This document shows positions 27,769 to 41,051 of a stretch of DNA of 64,000 nt, piece by piece. The notes under the pieces were generated by a model. The model saw only the letters and a list, made by a program, of their open reading frames with translations, did no database searches and was not told where the DNA came from. The first letter of the stretch is position 1. Every line of letters starts with the position of its first letter. Source of the DNA: Massalongia carnosa. Its lineage: Eukaryota. The position numbers were made by a program, and so were the translations under genes. Location of the stretch: NCBI GenBank assembly GCA_965645245.1, contig OZ287071.1, positions 1,364,001 through 1,428,000 of the forward strand. The letters are read 5' to 3'.

Positions 27769-29228
27769 TCATTTGACGTAGACATCAATAAAGTCCATAT
27801 CACTAAGTTCGGTTTCTTCAATCCGGGTCTGCGGCTCCAGCCGGTCCCCATCAAAAGAGAGAAACACCTCTCTACTCGGTCCCACCTTCATCTCAGTCCG
27901 GAACGCATTCACAATCTTCGAGACGGGTGTAGACTATGGAATCATTAGTGAATTCATTAGAGCTAAAGCGTGGGTAGCCAATAGGTGAATATTACTGGCT
28001 TCGCAATGAGCTTAAAGTCTTGGAAATCCTTTGCTTTTAGGATGAGCCTCACTTGAGGGCCTCGCTTTTGCTCGGCGGGAGCTTCTTCTTTTGCTTCAGG
28101 CTCATGTTGCTTGTCCTCAGTTATGCCACTCCTCTTGAACTTCTTGTATTCTTCCAAGAGCTCCTCCGTCATGGCTTCCATATGAATCTGCCTGTCCTCC
28201 TCCCCCATGATATCTTTCTGACCCTTCAACAGAATATTTCCATACTCATCCACACCTATACCTAAGCTCTTACAAGTCGTGACATCAAACAGCCGCTTCC
28301 CTTTCCAAGTTAAAAATACAGTTGGGGTTACCTCTGGCGGAAAGTTCTGCCGCTGACACCACACAATCCGCACGTCTTTTAGGCGTTGAGATAGCCTTCG
28401 ACCAACAATGAGAGGCTCAGTGCCAGGAAGTCGAGACGTGATCAAGATTTGAATTACGGCATCTGTTGGTATTGGCGGAGGTGCAGGGTGCGAAATAGAT
28501 TGTGATGGGTGTAGCGGTCCATCGCCAACACCGGTCAATGTAGGATCTGGAGCTTGGGATGCTATATCTGCTTCAAGGCGCTTTCTCCTGGCTTTGTCGC
28601 GTGCTTTTCTTGCTAGCTCAGGGAACTCTTCGTCTGAAGGAGGGAAATCGTCTTCTTCAGGAGGCCTTAAAATTCTTTGAGTTGTAATTGGGTGAGCATC
28701 ACCTTCCTGATGCAAAACTGGCTCCTCATCCTCATCCTCCAAATCGATGACAACGGAGGGTTGATTTCTTCGTTCTTGATATAGTTTTTCCACAGCAATT
28801 GATAGTTCATAGGATTTAGTAAGAGATTCAGTGGCTTTTGGTAATGTAGGGCTAATAGGAGCGGCAGTTGGGATTAAGGGAGATTCAGAACGACCCTCGT
28901 TGGCCTTGCCCTTCGTTTTTGGAGGTACATCCTCATCAGTACTAGAACTGTTACCGTCGTCGTCACTGGCCTCGGAAGTGCGCCTGCGCTTTTCTGCTCT
29001 CCCCTCTAAAGGCTTGACCTGTGTCTGAGTGTTCTGCTTCCTTGCTAACTTTAGTTTGCGCTTCCGCTCTGATTCAGCCACTATATCAACGTAGGTCTGG
29101 TTTGACCTGTGAAAGAAGTCATCAGCATTCCCAATCTGTTTAGGGTTCGACCATGATGGTTTGTTGAATATTGAGCGCTTTAGAAGACCGGGCGGTTTGA
29201 CGGCCTCGGTTGTTGAATCTGTAACCAT
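27769..29228 (-). CDS. Rad60/Esc2-like SUMO-like-domain protein
   Basis: ILITSRLPGTEPLIV, FLTWKGKRLFDVTTCKSLG; last exon FLSFDGDRLEP...DFIDVYVK* (Rad60-SLD-like). Confidence 0.8.
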
Positions 29229-29426
29229 TTTGATGGTGCCAGTGGAAAGATGAGGTGGAAGACATCGCTAGTAGTGTCGAGATCTCTCAATGTATTCGTA
29301 TTCGTATTCGAATACCCTTTTTTGTGCTAGTTAAGTTATATCTCTAAAGCTCTCAACTTTAGCTTTAGAATCAAGGAAACATCAGGTTTACCGAAGTATT
29401 TACATACGGTTTCTGCATCCTTGACG

Positions 29427-29783
29427 ATGGATAATGGCGCAAGTTCAGAAGGCAAGGATCCTTCAGGCTTTCTCAGCGAAATCATTGGTGCACCAGTCAC
29501 CGTCAAGTTGAATTCCGGTGTTGTTTACAAAGGTATGCTTGGAAAGATTTTCTCGTTCGCCAAAAATTTCTAAGTCTATGGTTACGTGAAGGCGAGCTTC
29601 AATCTGTCGACGGTTACATGAATATTGCATTGGAGAAAACAGAAGAATATGTCAATGGTCACTTGAGAAAGAAATATGGGGATGCCTTCATCAGAGGCAA
29701 CAACGGTGAGTTAATCTAGTGTCTAGACCCTAGAGTAGCTGTTGCTAACCGTAGATACAGTCATGTACATATCATCGGATTGA
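29427..29783 (+). CDS. LSM6: U6 snRNA-associated Sm-like protein LSm6
   Basis: Three exons spell MDNGASSEGKDPSGFLSEIIGAPVTVKLNSGVVYKGELQSVDGYMNIALEKTEEYVNGHLRKKYGDAFIRGNNVMYISSD; absent from the ORF track. Confidence 0.92.
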
Positions 29784-29939
29784 GGAAGCACTTGCGTTAA
29801 TCCTTGGAGCTTTCCTTTACCAAAAATTATAAAAGGAGCTCCTCCTTTAAGTTAAATCAGCAATGAAGCTTAGCCCCAATCCATGAGATCGTTTTCTGTT
29901 GGCTAGACTCGGCAAATGAAGCTCCAGGCATGGAATCGC

Positions 29940-31123
29940 TTATCCACCGTTCTTCAGAGGTGCTAGCGGAATCGCACTAGTCCAGCAATTAACTGTTCGC
30001 CCATGCACTTCCAGTTCTCCCTTCTCGTTTCTTTCAACATTCGACTCGTCAATGGCTTTGAGAACCTTTGCCTTTGTGATCTGTTCCTGATTGTCAGTAA
30101 CAAGATGCCTGATCAGGTTTTGCGACGAATCACCGCAAGCTCTTCTCCTTTGAGGACAGCAATCTGACTCAACGTGTGGTATCTTTCCCAGATTGCTTCA
30201 CGACCCAGCCAAATCGTGAAGCCTACAGAGTCCTCTCCTATAGGGAGCGAGAACATCGGGTCAGCAGCCTGGATGGTAAAGGGCGTTGTTGATAGCTGCT
30301 TGTCAAATACTTCACGCCACTGTTCATTCCTGAAGCGAGGGTGATTATCATCGAACAGCCATGTGATTTCTTTTATCTTTGCTTCCCAAGCTGTCGTCGC
30401 CGTCCACGAACGGGGGGCATTATCTTCATGGAGTATATAAGCTTGCTTGCAGTGGATACCACGCCACCAATCAAGGATACAAACAATCTTCAACATTCCA
30501 AATCATGCCAAGCACACCGCCGGGCACCAAGACCCTATGAATCTCTTGAAGTGCTTCATTGTGAGCAAACCTAACCAGAGTCAGCCCGAAGTTGCTACAA
30601 CCCTAAGCACAAAACATCTACCCTTTCCATGATGTAACCTCACCTACCAATGGAAAGCCTATCCAGAACACAAAACTTCCTCGTTAACTATTTTACCCTA
30701 CTACCAATCTTCCGGCCTTAACCAGTAGGTATCCCTATGTATCACTCAAATCACCAACACCCGGAAACCTACCTGCGCAACAATCACCGCATCCACACTC
30801 CCCGTCTCCAGTGGAATGCTCGCCGCATCCCCCGCCAAGACCGTTACGCCCGGCAACTGCTTCCTCTCCAACTCCGCCCTCATCCCCCCATGCGGCTCGA
30901 CGGCCATGATCGCAAATCTTTCGTCCCGCCGCGCTGCCAGGAGCTCCGTAAACTTCCCTGTTCCGGCGGCCAGGTCGAGGATTCGGGCGCCGTGCTGGTT
31001 GTGTAATGCTAGGTGCGTGAAGAGCTGTTCGATGGCTTCCGCCGGGTACGAGGGGCGGTGTCGGTCATAGGATGAGGCGGCGGCGAAACCCTGCAAGGCT
31101 ACGTCCGCGATGGTTCTCGCCAT
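29940..31123 (-). CDS. Class I SAM-dependent methyltransferase (Methyltransf_11-like)
   Basis: YDRHRPSYP, ILDLAAGTGKFT, AVEPH, DAVIVAQ|AFHW; several introns; ends WTSAIPLAPLKNGG*. Confidence 0.85.
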
Positions 31124-31702
31124 TTTTTCTCTTTTTTTTCTCCGGCGAATTAGTAACTATGGGCTCGTAAATCCATCAAGTTTACTTATCACATAACCCC
31201 GATGTAGATGGGTTAAGCGGGATCTAGCGTCGGGATTTTTTTGTTTTGAGGATGATCCAATAGATGCACTTAAGGTTTCAACTCCAAGATTCCCGGGTTG
31301 GTAAGTACATAATCCAGAAACCTTCCTACTTTGGAGCTCAATCATTCATCACCCTTCTCAAAACCCCCTTCCCTATCCAGAACGGTCAATCTAGCATCTT
31401 GCGAAGGACAATTCTGCCTGTATTTTCAAATGAGCCTTTCTCGGATAGCTTGCTGATGCTCCCAAAACCAACAAACAGCTACAATATCCAATGTGCAAGA
31501 CTCATCAAACTAAACCGCCAAAGAGCGTTGTGATCGTCGTATATGAATAAAAGCGGTGGTTTGATGTAGATCCGAATTTGTTCCCATCCGTAACTCCTCC
31601 CATGTTCACAGTACAATACAGTGATCCCTTACATATACAGTAGCATTTGTAGCCTAGAGGATACCCAGCCCTCTCACTCCTTACTCCAAAAATTATCGAA
31701 CT

Positions 31703-33947
31703 CTATGCAATATTGCCGGCCATGCCCATGAAAAGTGCCTGTATCGCAAGCTGCAACGACCACAATCCAACCTTCCTGAAACGCCGTAGCCTTGCCTGAT
31801 CATCCGTAACGTCTTTCGCGAAAGCTTGATATGTCTATGTTCCTGTCAGAATCCGAGTTGCCCTGTCTAAAGGGAATCGAATTACCTCTGCGGACAAATC
31901 ATCCATCAAACCGCTGTCGAAAATAGTCCAACTCCCGTCAAATTCGCTAGCACGCTTTACCACCCGGCAATTAATCGGAATGAAAGTTTTCCGTGAATTT
32001 ATGTACGCCACAATAGGGCGAATCAGAGCGTTGTTTACATAGGAAAGGTCTTTCGTGAAGATCGGTACAGCGGCGCGAACATCGTTGAGATGGACCCGTA
32101 GATCCAGGACTAGGAAGCGGTTGTCATCTTCCAAAGCTTTTCTAGTGATAGTAAAGCTTGCTGTTTCCGGGTCGCTATTGACGTTATCATTATCGATTGT
32201 TGTAGCATCTTTCTCCTTCGAGACATTGCGATTTGTGATAACGGTTGCTTCCACCCGATCATAGAAGTCTGACATGACCTTGGCAATGCTATCGTCACTG
32301 TCGGCTGGGAACATTATATCCGCTACAATATCGACGTTGCCCTCATGTATCCACGAGAATGGTCCCTCAACGCCACGATTTAAATGATCTATACTCAAAC
32401 CGTCAATTCTGAGTCGGCTCTGCTTTTTCCAAGGATTCGAGTCGCCACTGTTTCCAGCGCCGTTGCTAAGGTGCGTCTCAATATGACTATGCATCTGTCG
32501 AGGATGAATCGTAAAGAGAGAATCGTCGAATGACCCAGACATTATGTTTGCAGATAAGAAGTCATAGAATAGCCATTGCCTCCGTAACTGAGGCAGGTCA
32601 CAGGAGAAAATGCTGACAGAAAATGGCCGAAAATCGTTGGGTTGATGTACTGTTACCAAGAGATCTTCCATCTTGAAAGAATTAATCTCAAAGTCCCCTG
32701 GACTATGCTGGTGCTTATAGCTCCTCGGGTCCACATACTGACCCGAAGAATGAACAGAGGTTCTATCAATTACTCCTCGAACGCCTTTAACTTCAACATC
32801 GCGAAGCAAGCCTTTGCTGTTGAACCACTTAGCGAATGAAAGAGTAACATTGACAGTATCGATGGACAAATCAAATTGGGTATAGTTTGTATCCTCTTCA
32901 TCTTCAACAATACGCCCTGACATGACGTCTTCAGAATCCTTAGCACGATCCGCAGCGGCAGCTGCGGCTGCGGCTGTTGATGAAGAGCCTTTGCTTACTT
33001 TTCCGTTACCTTGTCCGGGCCGCCTTGACACGAAGACATTCTTGAATGAAATCACCCCATCGCCCCATTTAGGCACTATGGCAGATTCAAACACAACTTT
33101 GACCCCTGAAGATTTTGTTAAATAGTTGCCTATCCATCGAGCTAGGGTCTCTAAGCGGTCATTAGTCGAGTGTAGTATTTAGGGGAAACCTCATACCCTG
33201 AGCAAAGACTGTATTGACAGCAAATATCGCGAGTGAAAAGAAAGTAGTTGTCCCTAGGACAATCCATAAAACATGTCCCAACAAAAACCACGAGAAAAAA
33301 GCCCCTATCTCATCTGCGTTGAACGGCCGTGCACTTCGGATTGAGAACCATTTAAATCGTACTTTGAGCCGTGACCAGAAACCAGTAGCGGCCGCTAGAA
33401 GTTCTTCCTTACTTGGCCTATGCATATGTGGCATATGTGATAATCGACTGATGATATGCTTGTTTGTAACGAATGGAGAAGCAGCTTCAGGGAGAGAAGG
33501 CGCCTCCTTCCGAATGTGTCCTTCTGCTTTCTCTGGCATAACAGCATGGCTGGACCTGTCGCTACTGCTTTTGTCCTGAAATGTGCTATTGTATCTCCGA
33601 CTTACAGCCTCGCTTTCCCGCCAGAAATTTTTGCTTTGGTGACTTCTGATAGAATAACGGATAGCAAGTGGACTTGAAGCTAGTGTCAAATTGAAAACCC
33701 TAGTTTCCAAGAAGTTTCCAATATCTCCGACATGCTTGTTCCTCTCTAGAATATTTCGTTCTATACTCTGATGTACTATCCGAGTTGACCACGGCTTCAA
33801 GGGCTGGACAACTTGAGTTTCATTCGCAGGTGGAGATTTTTTGAATTGTTTGAGAAGAGGGGAGTATCGAGTGGCTCTGGCCACAGGGAGCAAACATGGC
33901 GTCCGAAGGAAGGCGGTGGCGACCCTATAGGAACCATTGCTGCTCAT
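31703..33947 (-). CDS. MDM31: Mitochondrial distribution and morphology protein Mdm31/32
   Basis: RPSKEELLAAATGFWSRLKVRFKWFSIRSARPFN, FESAIVPKW, NYTQFDL, LSYVNNALIRPIVAYIN; start codon uncertain. Confidence 0.93.
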
Positions 33948-34225
33948 TCTTTTCAAATCCCAATACTGTATAGCTTCCACCTTCTAATCATGACTAGTGT
34001 TGGGTGTTTAGGTACATACCAAGCACACAATCAAAAACACATATTCAAGATCGTCTTGAGCGGGAGCGGAATTTCTCCGCCTTTTAACCCTAACTTAGAG
34101 CCCACAAACAGAAAATTGAACATTCCCTCTTTACATTATGTTGGCCATGGTACGAGCTGCCCTACATCAAGCTAACTGATTGGTCAAATTTTTTCCCTGG
34201 AGAATAATATCACTGTGGATTTGCC

Positions 34226-35106
34226 ATGTCTGCGCCAACAGCCTTACTTCAGCGGCCTGAAGAGCTCACCGAGGTGCCAGCAATAAAACCCCCCCCCGCA
34301 GGTAAGGACTTTTAGACCTAATTGAAATCCCTCTTTAATGGAGCTTGATATGTAGGAAACAAAGAGGATGAGCCTCTCATTGATGCCACTACAATCGTCT
34401 CTTCACAAGTCGTCTCAAACCCTACTGCTATAGATACCGAGATGCAGGTTGACGAAGAAGAGCGCCCAATTTTTCCTCCAGCGCAGAACGTTAAAAGATC
34501 CATGATAGTGGAAACACGGAAAGTTCTTGTTCCTCCTCATCGAGTGACCCCTCTCAAAGTTTCGTGGCCTAAGATATATCCGCCGTTGGTGGAACATCTG
34601 AAGCTTCAAGTACGGATGAACTTGAAGAGCCGAGCGGTAGAGTTACGAACGTCCAAGCATACAACGGACAGTGGTGCCCTCCAGAAGGGCGAGGACTTTG
34701 TGAAAGCTTTTAGCTTAGGATTTGATGTGGATGACGCGATTGCATTGTTAAGGCTTGACGACCTCTATATCGAGACTTTTGAAATTAAAGATGTGAAGAC
34801 TCTGAACGGCGAGCATCTTGGTCGTGCTATCGGGCGTATAGCTGGAAAGGACGGTAAAACCAAATTTGCAATTGAGAACGCAAGTCGAACCCGGGTCGTG
34901 CTGGCAGATCAGAAAATACATATTTTAGGAGGGTTCAAAAATATACATATTGCAAGAGAAGCCATAGTTAGCTTGATTCTAGGAAGCCCTCCCGTTAGTT
35001 AAATCACCCATCGAAAGCTGTCAGATTGCTGATCAATGTTACTCATCAGGGCAAAGTCTACGGGAATCTAAGAACAGTCGCTTCGCGGATGAAGGAACGC
35101 TTTTAG
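34226..35106 (+). CDS. PNO1: Pre-40S KH-domain factor Pno1/Dim2
   Basis: PPHRVTPLKVSWPKIYPPLVEHLKLQVRMN, RAIGRIAGKDGKTKFAIENA, GSPP|GKVYGNLRTVASRMKERF*. Confidence 0.96.
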
Positions 35107-35369
35107 AATGATAATCTGCTTTCAGTCACATGGGTTTAGCGAGGAGTTCAAGGCATATGATTAGAATTGAGGCTGAAGATCTGCATCAAAGAGCTTGTAT
35201 TCCGTCCATGATATTATAAAAACTGTCATCCTTAAGTGAGTAAAGAAGACTAAGATCCAGAAAATGAATACCTAGTGGCTAATGATTTACAGCAAAGCAT
35301 GGTGACTTTGGACTATCATAATGCCTACTTTAGATACCAGGTACCATTACAGTGGTTCAGGTTTGGAGC

Positions 35370-36213
35370 CTAATCCTTCTTCAGCGGATCATATGTCTCC
35401 TGAATGCCTTCCTTCGTTATAACAAGCATCTGCAACCCATCTCCGACCTCTATATGCCTTTCCACAGCGCTAGTGAACGCATCTCTCACAAGTTGCTCAA
35501 CCTCTTTTCTCGGCAACGGCCCCGCCTTGCGCGACTCCAATGCATGGCCTTCACCGCTCCCTGGAACGTACTGATTCTTGAAATTTACCTGATTATCCAG
35601 GAAAGGCATAATCAAGCTGGCAGCAGCTCCGGCGGCTCTGCATTGCTCCCGCTCATATGAACCCACCGGGTCATAGCTGTAGAGCGCTCCTTTCCCCTCT
35701 TCATCCAGACCTCCTAGAATAGCATGTACATAGTATGGGAAAAACCGTCTTTGGTAAAGAATAGTTGACAATCGTTGGGCACACGCTTTAACCGACATTT
35801 GCTTGCCGTGTCGATATCGATACATCTTCACATTCGTATCAAGACGTTCCTTAAGCGCCTGACCATCCGCTGCAAAGCCCACAACTGATAAAATGAGATG
35901 CGCCCCAGCTCCAGTCTCATCATCTCCTCCTATTCTATATACCTTGGGGGCATAGCGGGTGTTGATGCTATACCCGGAGGTGGATCGAGTGTCGCCAGCG
36001 AGGATAGCAAAGTCATTTCCTGTAATTCCCAGAGTCGAGCCTCCATTATCAGTATATCTGCCCAAATTAGCTTCATTTCTGACAGCACAACTATTGGTCT
36101 TACGGATAGAAGCCATGTTGTTTATTTCCTGCTGCCGAAGTACTTAAACTGTTGAGAAAATAGTAGCTTTGGCTAGATGCCGCTGATGGATTACTGCTAA
36201 GTACTGATGCCAT
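35370..36213 (-). CDS. PRE7: 20S proteasome subunit beta6
   Basis: Propeptide ...QHGFYP|YTDNGGSTLGI, LYQRRFFPYY, DPVGSYER, ERHIEVGDGL, LKKD*. Confidence 0.95.
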
Positions 36214-36457
36214 TTACGAGACCTAGTGCTTTCAGATACCTGTTTTAGATTGTAGGGCCTTCGTGGAAAGTGATAAAAAATATGAGAAATTCTTAAATGG
36301 ATACGCAAGCTCATCGCAACCTGGTCATCTAAATTTAACTAGTGCTAGCGCATCTTTCTTTACTAGTTCCGTTCTCCGGCATAGGGCATGGACCAACATC
36401 AACCTAATATTAAGGAGCTCTTTATCTCTAGCAATCGAATGTAGCCGATAAAATATT

Positions 36458-37468
36458 ATGTCTGGCCTAGTTGGCTATGATAATAGTGATGATGATGAAG
36501 AAGATGGCCGCATTCCTGAAGTAGAAGTATTTATTGAGCGCTCTTCAGTCTTGGGATATATCCTTTAGATAAATTGCTGATAGGATAGACTTAGGCTTCA
36601 ACTTCGACTGAGAACACGCAACCGGAATTTCAGCAGTCTTATGGTATGTTAAAGCATGTTATGCATTTGTTAAACCACAGGGGCGTAACACTTTTCAGAT
36701 ATTGCCGTACAAGCCCTTCCGGAGGTTAATACGTATCCTTCAATCAACGGAGAGCTAGACCCATCACCTCTGAATGGATCTTTGCAAGGCCCGTCATTGA
36801 GTGGTTTGCAAGAGAATGGCACTTCTTCCGCTCCTCAATCGCCCTATTCTGCAAACCGCTTTCTAATGCATGATCTTACGCTTGCTATGAATCCGAAATT
36901 TGATATACCACCTTCGCCCCCTGGTTCGCCTCTTGCTGGAATGGACAAGAAGTTTGAGCATTTTCTTGAGCTTAAGAAGCAAGGAATGCATTTCAATGAA
37001 AAACTTGCTGGATCTTCAGCTCTCAAAAATCCAAGTCTACTTCGAAAACTGATGACTTTTGCTGGTATTGATGAATGCGGGCAATATGCAACTACTTTAC
37101 CTAAAGATATTTGGGATCCTGCAGCATTTCCAGCTTGGGCATACAAGGAAGAACTAGCAAAGTCCCAACAGGAAGTACTAAAAATGAAAGAGGAGGAGAG
37201 GTCTCGCCTTCAGCGAGAGAGTATTGAATTTGTTCCGGGCACTAAATCTGGACCAGTGAGTAAAGAAGGGACTTCGCCTTTCAACGCCGGAGCCAATATT
37301 CCAAAAGGTAGCGCTGCGGAAAGAGTTGTGGCTGGGCTAAATCCGTCAACTTTAAGATCCCCTATTATTGCTGTTGATTCTATGCGCGGTGAATTGGAAC
37401 GGCGGGGGGGTAAAAACGAAGGCCTCCAACGTAGATCAAACGTACGAAAACGTTCGCGGTCAAGATGA
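36458..37468 (+). CDS. HCNGP/SAP30BP-like protein
   Basis: MSGLVGYDNSDDDEE start; DIPPSPPGSP, FLELKKQGMHFNEKL, LKNPSLLRKLMTFAGI, FPAWAYKEEL. Confidence 0.82.
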
Positions 37469-37934
37469 GCTGGACGGCGCGGATTTTAGTATTCGAGGCG
37501 CTACTCGGTTGCTGGCTTTTCTTAGCAGAACTGATCACTGTAGCTAAAGGCCATCTGGTGTATGTGTCTCTTCTCATGATGCGGAAGTCCGATATTACCT
37601 GGACAAGAACGCAGTCATAATAGTGACTGGAGTTAGTTACATGATTGCTCGCCCTGAAGTCTCTCTATTATGATTGCACCTAAGGCCACCAGCAATATGA
37701 AAGTTTTGCTAAATTTATAGAGTACAAGAGTTTTAACCCTGAGCTTGGACCTCCATACATATTCCCAGGACTGCATAAAGGCAACCTCATAAGGCTTAGT
37801 TAACTAGTGCTTCGCATAATCAACCGCGTAGACCAAGCTTCTTCTCGTTCATACCTGTACTTGTCAACTCATTCATGCGTGTATTATTTACTTGAAAACC
37901 CACAGAGAGAACCGAACAAGCCTACGTTCTCATC

Positions 37935-38847
37935 ATGAATCATCTACCACAAGCATGGGGTCGCGTAGGTCATCTTGAAGCTTTAGTTTCTCACCTGTAC
38001 TAATGCGACAGCTATATCCTAGCCACGAGATGATGTGTATGGAGCTTATGATCCGTCATATTTGAACGCGAACGGCCCCAAGTCCCACACTCAGTCACCT
38101 ATAGTCACAGGAACCTCTGTCATTGGCGTCAAATTTAAAGAAGGCGTGGTGATTGCGGCGGACAACTTAGGTTTGTGGACTTTTCTTCGTTTGGCCAAAG
38201 TGGAGTATGGGAAGAATTTATAGCTAACACGGAATACCATAGCATCATATGGCTCTTTGGCTCGGTTCACTGACGTGAAACGATTGCAGCCTTTCAATTC
38301 AACGACTGTCATAGGTGTGGGGGGAGATGTCTCGGACATGCAGTATATAGATAGATTATTGAAATCGCTCGACGTCTCAGAGAATTACGGATCCTCTGGT
38401 CATGGCTTGAATGCGAAAAATATGCACACCTATTTATCAAAGATTATGTACAAGCGTCGATCAGATGTCAATCCGCTGTGGAATCAAATATTAGTTGCTG
38501 GGCTTGATGGGGACGGGAGACCATTTCTAAGTTCTGTCGATCTACTGGGCACAACCTTTTCATCACCTACGCTTGCTACCGGATTTGGAGCACACCTGGC
38601 ACAGCCGCTTCTGAGGAAGCTAGTGGAAGATGAGACAGCCGTGGATTCAATAACTCGGGAGCAGGCAGTAGGTGCGGTGAAGGAATGCATGAAAGTGCTC
38701 TTCTACAGGGATGCGAGAAGCTTGGACAAGTACTCTATAGCCGTGGTCACGAGGGAGGGTGTGGATCTGAAAGAAGACGAGGAATTAGAAGGACAAAGTT
38801 GGGCCTTTGCCGAGACGATCAAAGGTTATGGCACTCAGGTAGTATAG
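37935..38847 (+). CDS. PRE4: 20S proteasome subunit beta7
   Basis: [64 protein letters not shown]. Confidence 0.95.
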
Positions 38848-39184
38848 AATTATGTGTCTCTAGTCCGAAATTTTCTATAAAGCCTATTTCATATTCGAAT
38901 TTTGGGCAGCACTTATAAATGTTGATCGTCTGAGAAATCTATACCCTTTGGGTAGTTATGAAAACGGTTAAGGCTTGCAGTATCCTGGGAAGCTCTTAAG
39001 CCGACTTGAGAAGCAGTTATGAAGGCGATCGCAACCACATGAATGTGCGAGTTCTATAGACCAGATCTGGGTTTGCATGACAACTTCTCTTTGATCTTAT
39101 ACAGAAGATGAAAGTTTACTAAAAAATGGTACCGTTGCAGGCTCATCCGATCAGGCCCTTCATCTAGGCAGCTTGGTTCTCGGA

Positions 39185-40329
39185 TCACAATTTCGATCTG
39201 CTTTTGATGTGTTCAACTCTGTTGACGCAAGCACCAACGCCCTCCAAGCCAACCTCCACGATATCACCACCGTTAAGCCATAGCGGCGGCTTTCTTCCTG
39301 CACCAACCCCTTGCGGCCTTATAGCTGGTCAGTAAAGTATTCTCGATATCCCGGAATTGAAGTCACTCTGCTCACGTTCCAGTGAAAATCAAATCGCCCG
39401 GCAAAAGAGTGGTCCCCTGCGAGAGAAACGCAATGGTCTTGGCTACGCCAAAGATCATGTCCTTGGTTGAAGAATCCTGGACGATTTCCCCGTTGACCTT
39501 GGTAAATATCCGCAACGTTTGAGGATCATTGATGATGCTGGGTGAAACTATTCCCGGTCCAAATGGCGCCCATCCGTCAAATCCTTTACCCAATGACCAT
39601 TGCCCTCCACCTCGCTTTAGCTGCCACTCTCTGTGAGACACGTCGTCGCCGACGGCGTAGCCTAGGACATAGCTAAGCGCCTTGGACTCCTGGACATCAT
39701 ATGCTTCTTTGCCAATCACTACAACAAGTTCACACTCATAGTCCAGGCCGGCTACTTCCTGGGCCAGGGCCGGTACGGGAATAGCGTCGAACGGGCCTGT
39801 TAAGGCGGTGACGGGTTTGTAGAACAGAATCGGATAAGTAGGTAGGGGCATGTTTGTCTACAGTCAATTCAGCCTACGGACTCAGAGCTAGAGAAAGCTA
39901 AAGGGCTCAGCAGACCTCTTTGGCATGTTGTTCATAATTGAGCCCTAAGCATCGAACGGTTCTGATATCGTCCCTCGCCAACGGCGCTAACAGCAGTTTC
40001 ACTCCCTATGTTCAGGCTGCCCTGTCAACTGGAGCCGAAAAGGCTTCCGCCTCCCCTCAATAATCAATGAGCGGTGTTTGAAAGTATCTCACAGCAACTT
40101 GATCCGTCACTTCGTACTTGCCAAAGATTTCTCCTTGGATGATCCGGGCTTGAGTAGTCTTGGCAATGTCGCTGACGCCTGCCGGGAGGATGGCATCACC
40201 GTAGTAGATCCGCCCATCTCTAGCCAGGAAGCGAATTAGGCGCTACATATACATTTTGGCAGAACTTCAGCTGTTGTGGACGTGGATGTGACTTAAAGGT
40301 GCAGCACGTACAGAGAACGCCGACATCAT
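39185..40329 (-). CDS. Fumarylacetoacetate-hydrolase-family protein ending in SKL
   Basis: RCLGLNY, PILFYKP, LDYECEL, DVSHREWQ, GKGFDGWAPFGP, PGDLIFTGT|PQGVG...SRSKL*. Confidence 0.88.
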
Positions 40330-40567
40330 CTACTAGGGGTTGCAAGTTTAACATATAATGGTTGACTCTAGTTGAAGCTTATCTTAAAGAGCTAATAAAA
40401 CATAAAATCAACTATATAGTGATCTCTAATATCCAACATTACGTCATTTAATCTTTCAAAGTGCGAAAGTGGAGATGCGGCCCGAGAAACCTTTCAATTT
40501 AGAGCCGTAGTATTTCTACCGACTCATTCTACGGCTGTGGTTATTCCTAGAATTAGGAGGGTCAGAT

Positions 40568-40931
40568 ATGAAAATTTCCGGTTTGCAAAGAGAGGTGCTT
40601 TCACTTTATAGAAGATGCCTAAGAGAGACGCGGAAGAAACCAAGAGTGAGTAGGCAGGCATCACAATTCATGAATGTATAGACGTGATTTTTAATATTTT
40701 GTTGAATAGCAGGTACAAGAAAGCTTTAAGCAGTACTCGAGGTTTGTTTAGATCATTCATGGCTTTGTCTCAATGCACTTATACCACTAATACACGGTTT
40801 GTAGGAATGAATTCAGAAAGAATATCACGCTTGACAAAAAAGACTTCTCAACGATCGAATACCTGTTGCGTAAAGGCCAGAGGCAGTTGGAGACTTATTC
40901 GACGCCAGGCATCAAAAGCATCGTTTATTAG
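40568..40931 (+). CDS. SDH6: LYR-motif succinate dehydrogenase assembly factor 1
   Basis: Three exons: MKISGLQREVLSLYRRCLRETRKKPR|QVQESFKQYSR|NEFRKNITLDKKDFSTIEYLLRKGQRQLETYSTPGIKSIVY*; not resolved by the ORF track. Confidence 0.85.
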
Positions 40932-41051
40932 GCCAATCCATACAGCCTTGTCGAGCCAAGGGCTGGGATGGTGTTGATTCATTGCATGGATATATTGACG
41001 AAACACTACCAAACCCGGCACTACTAATGCTGGGCCAGCATTTCCAAGCAA

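Noticed and set aside
36414..36419. GGAGCT upstream of PRE7 as a possible Rpn4-type site
   Set aside because: A single hexamer; exact matches were not seen just upstream of PRE4 or PRE10.
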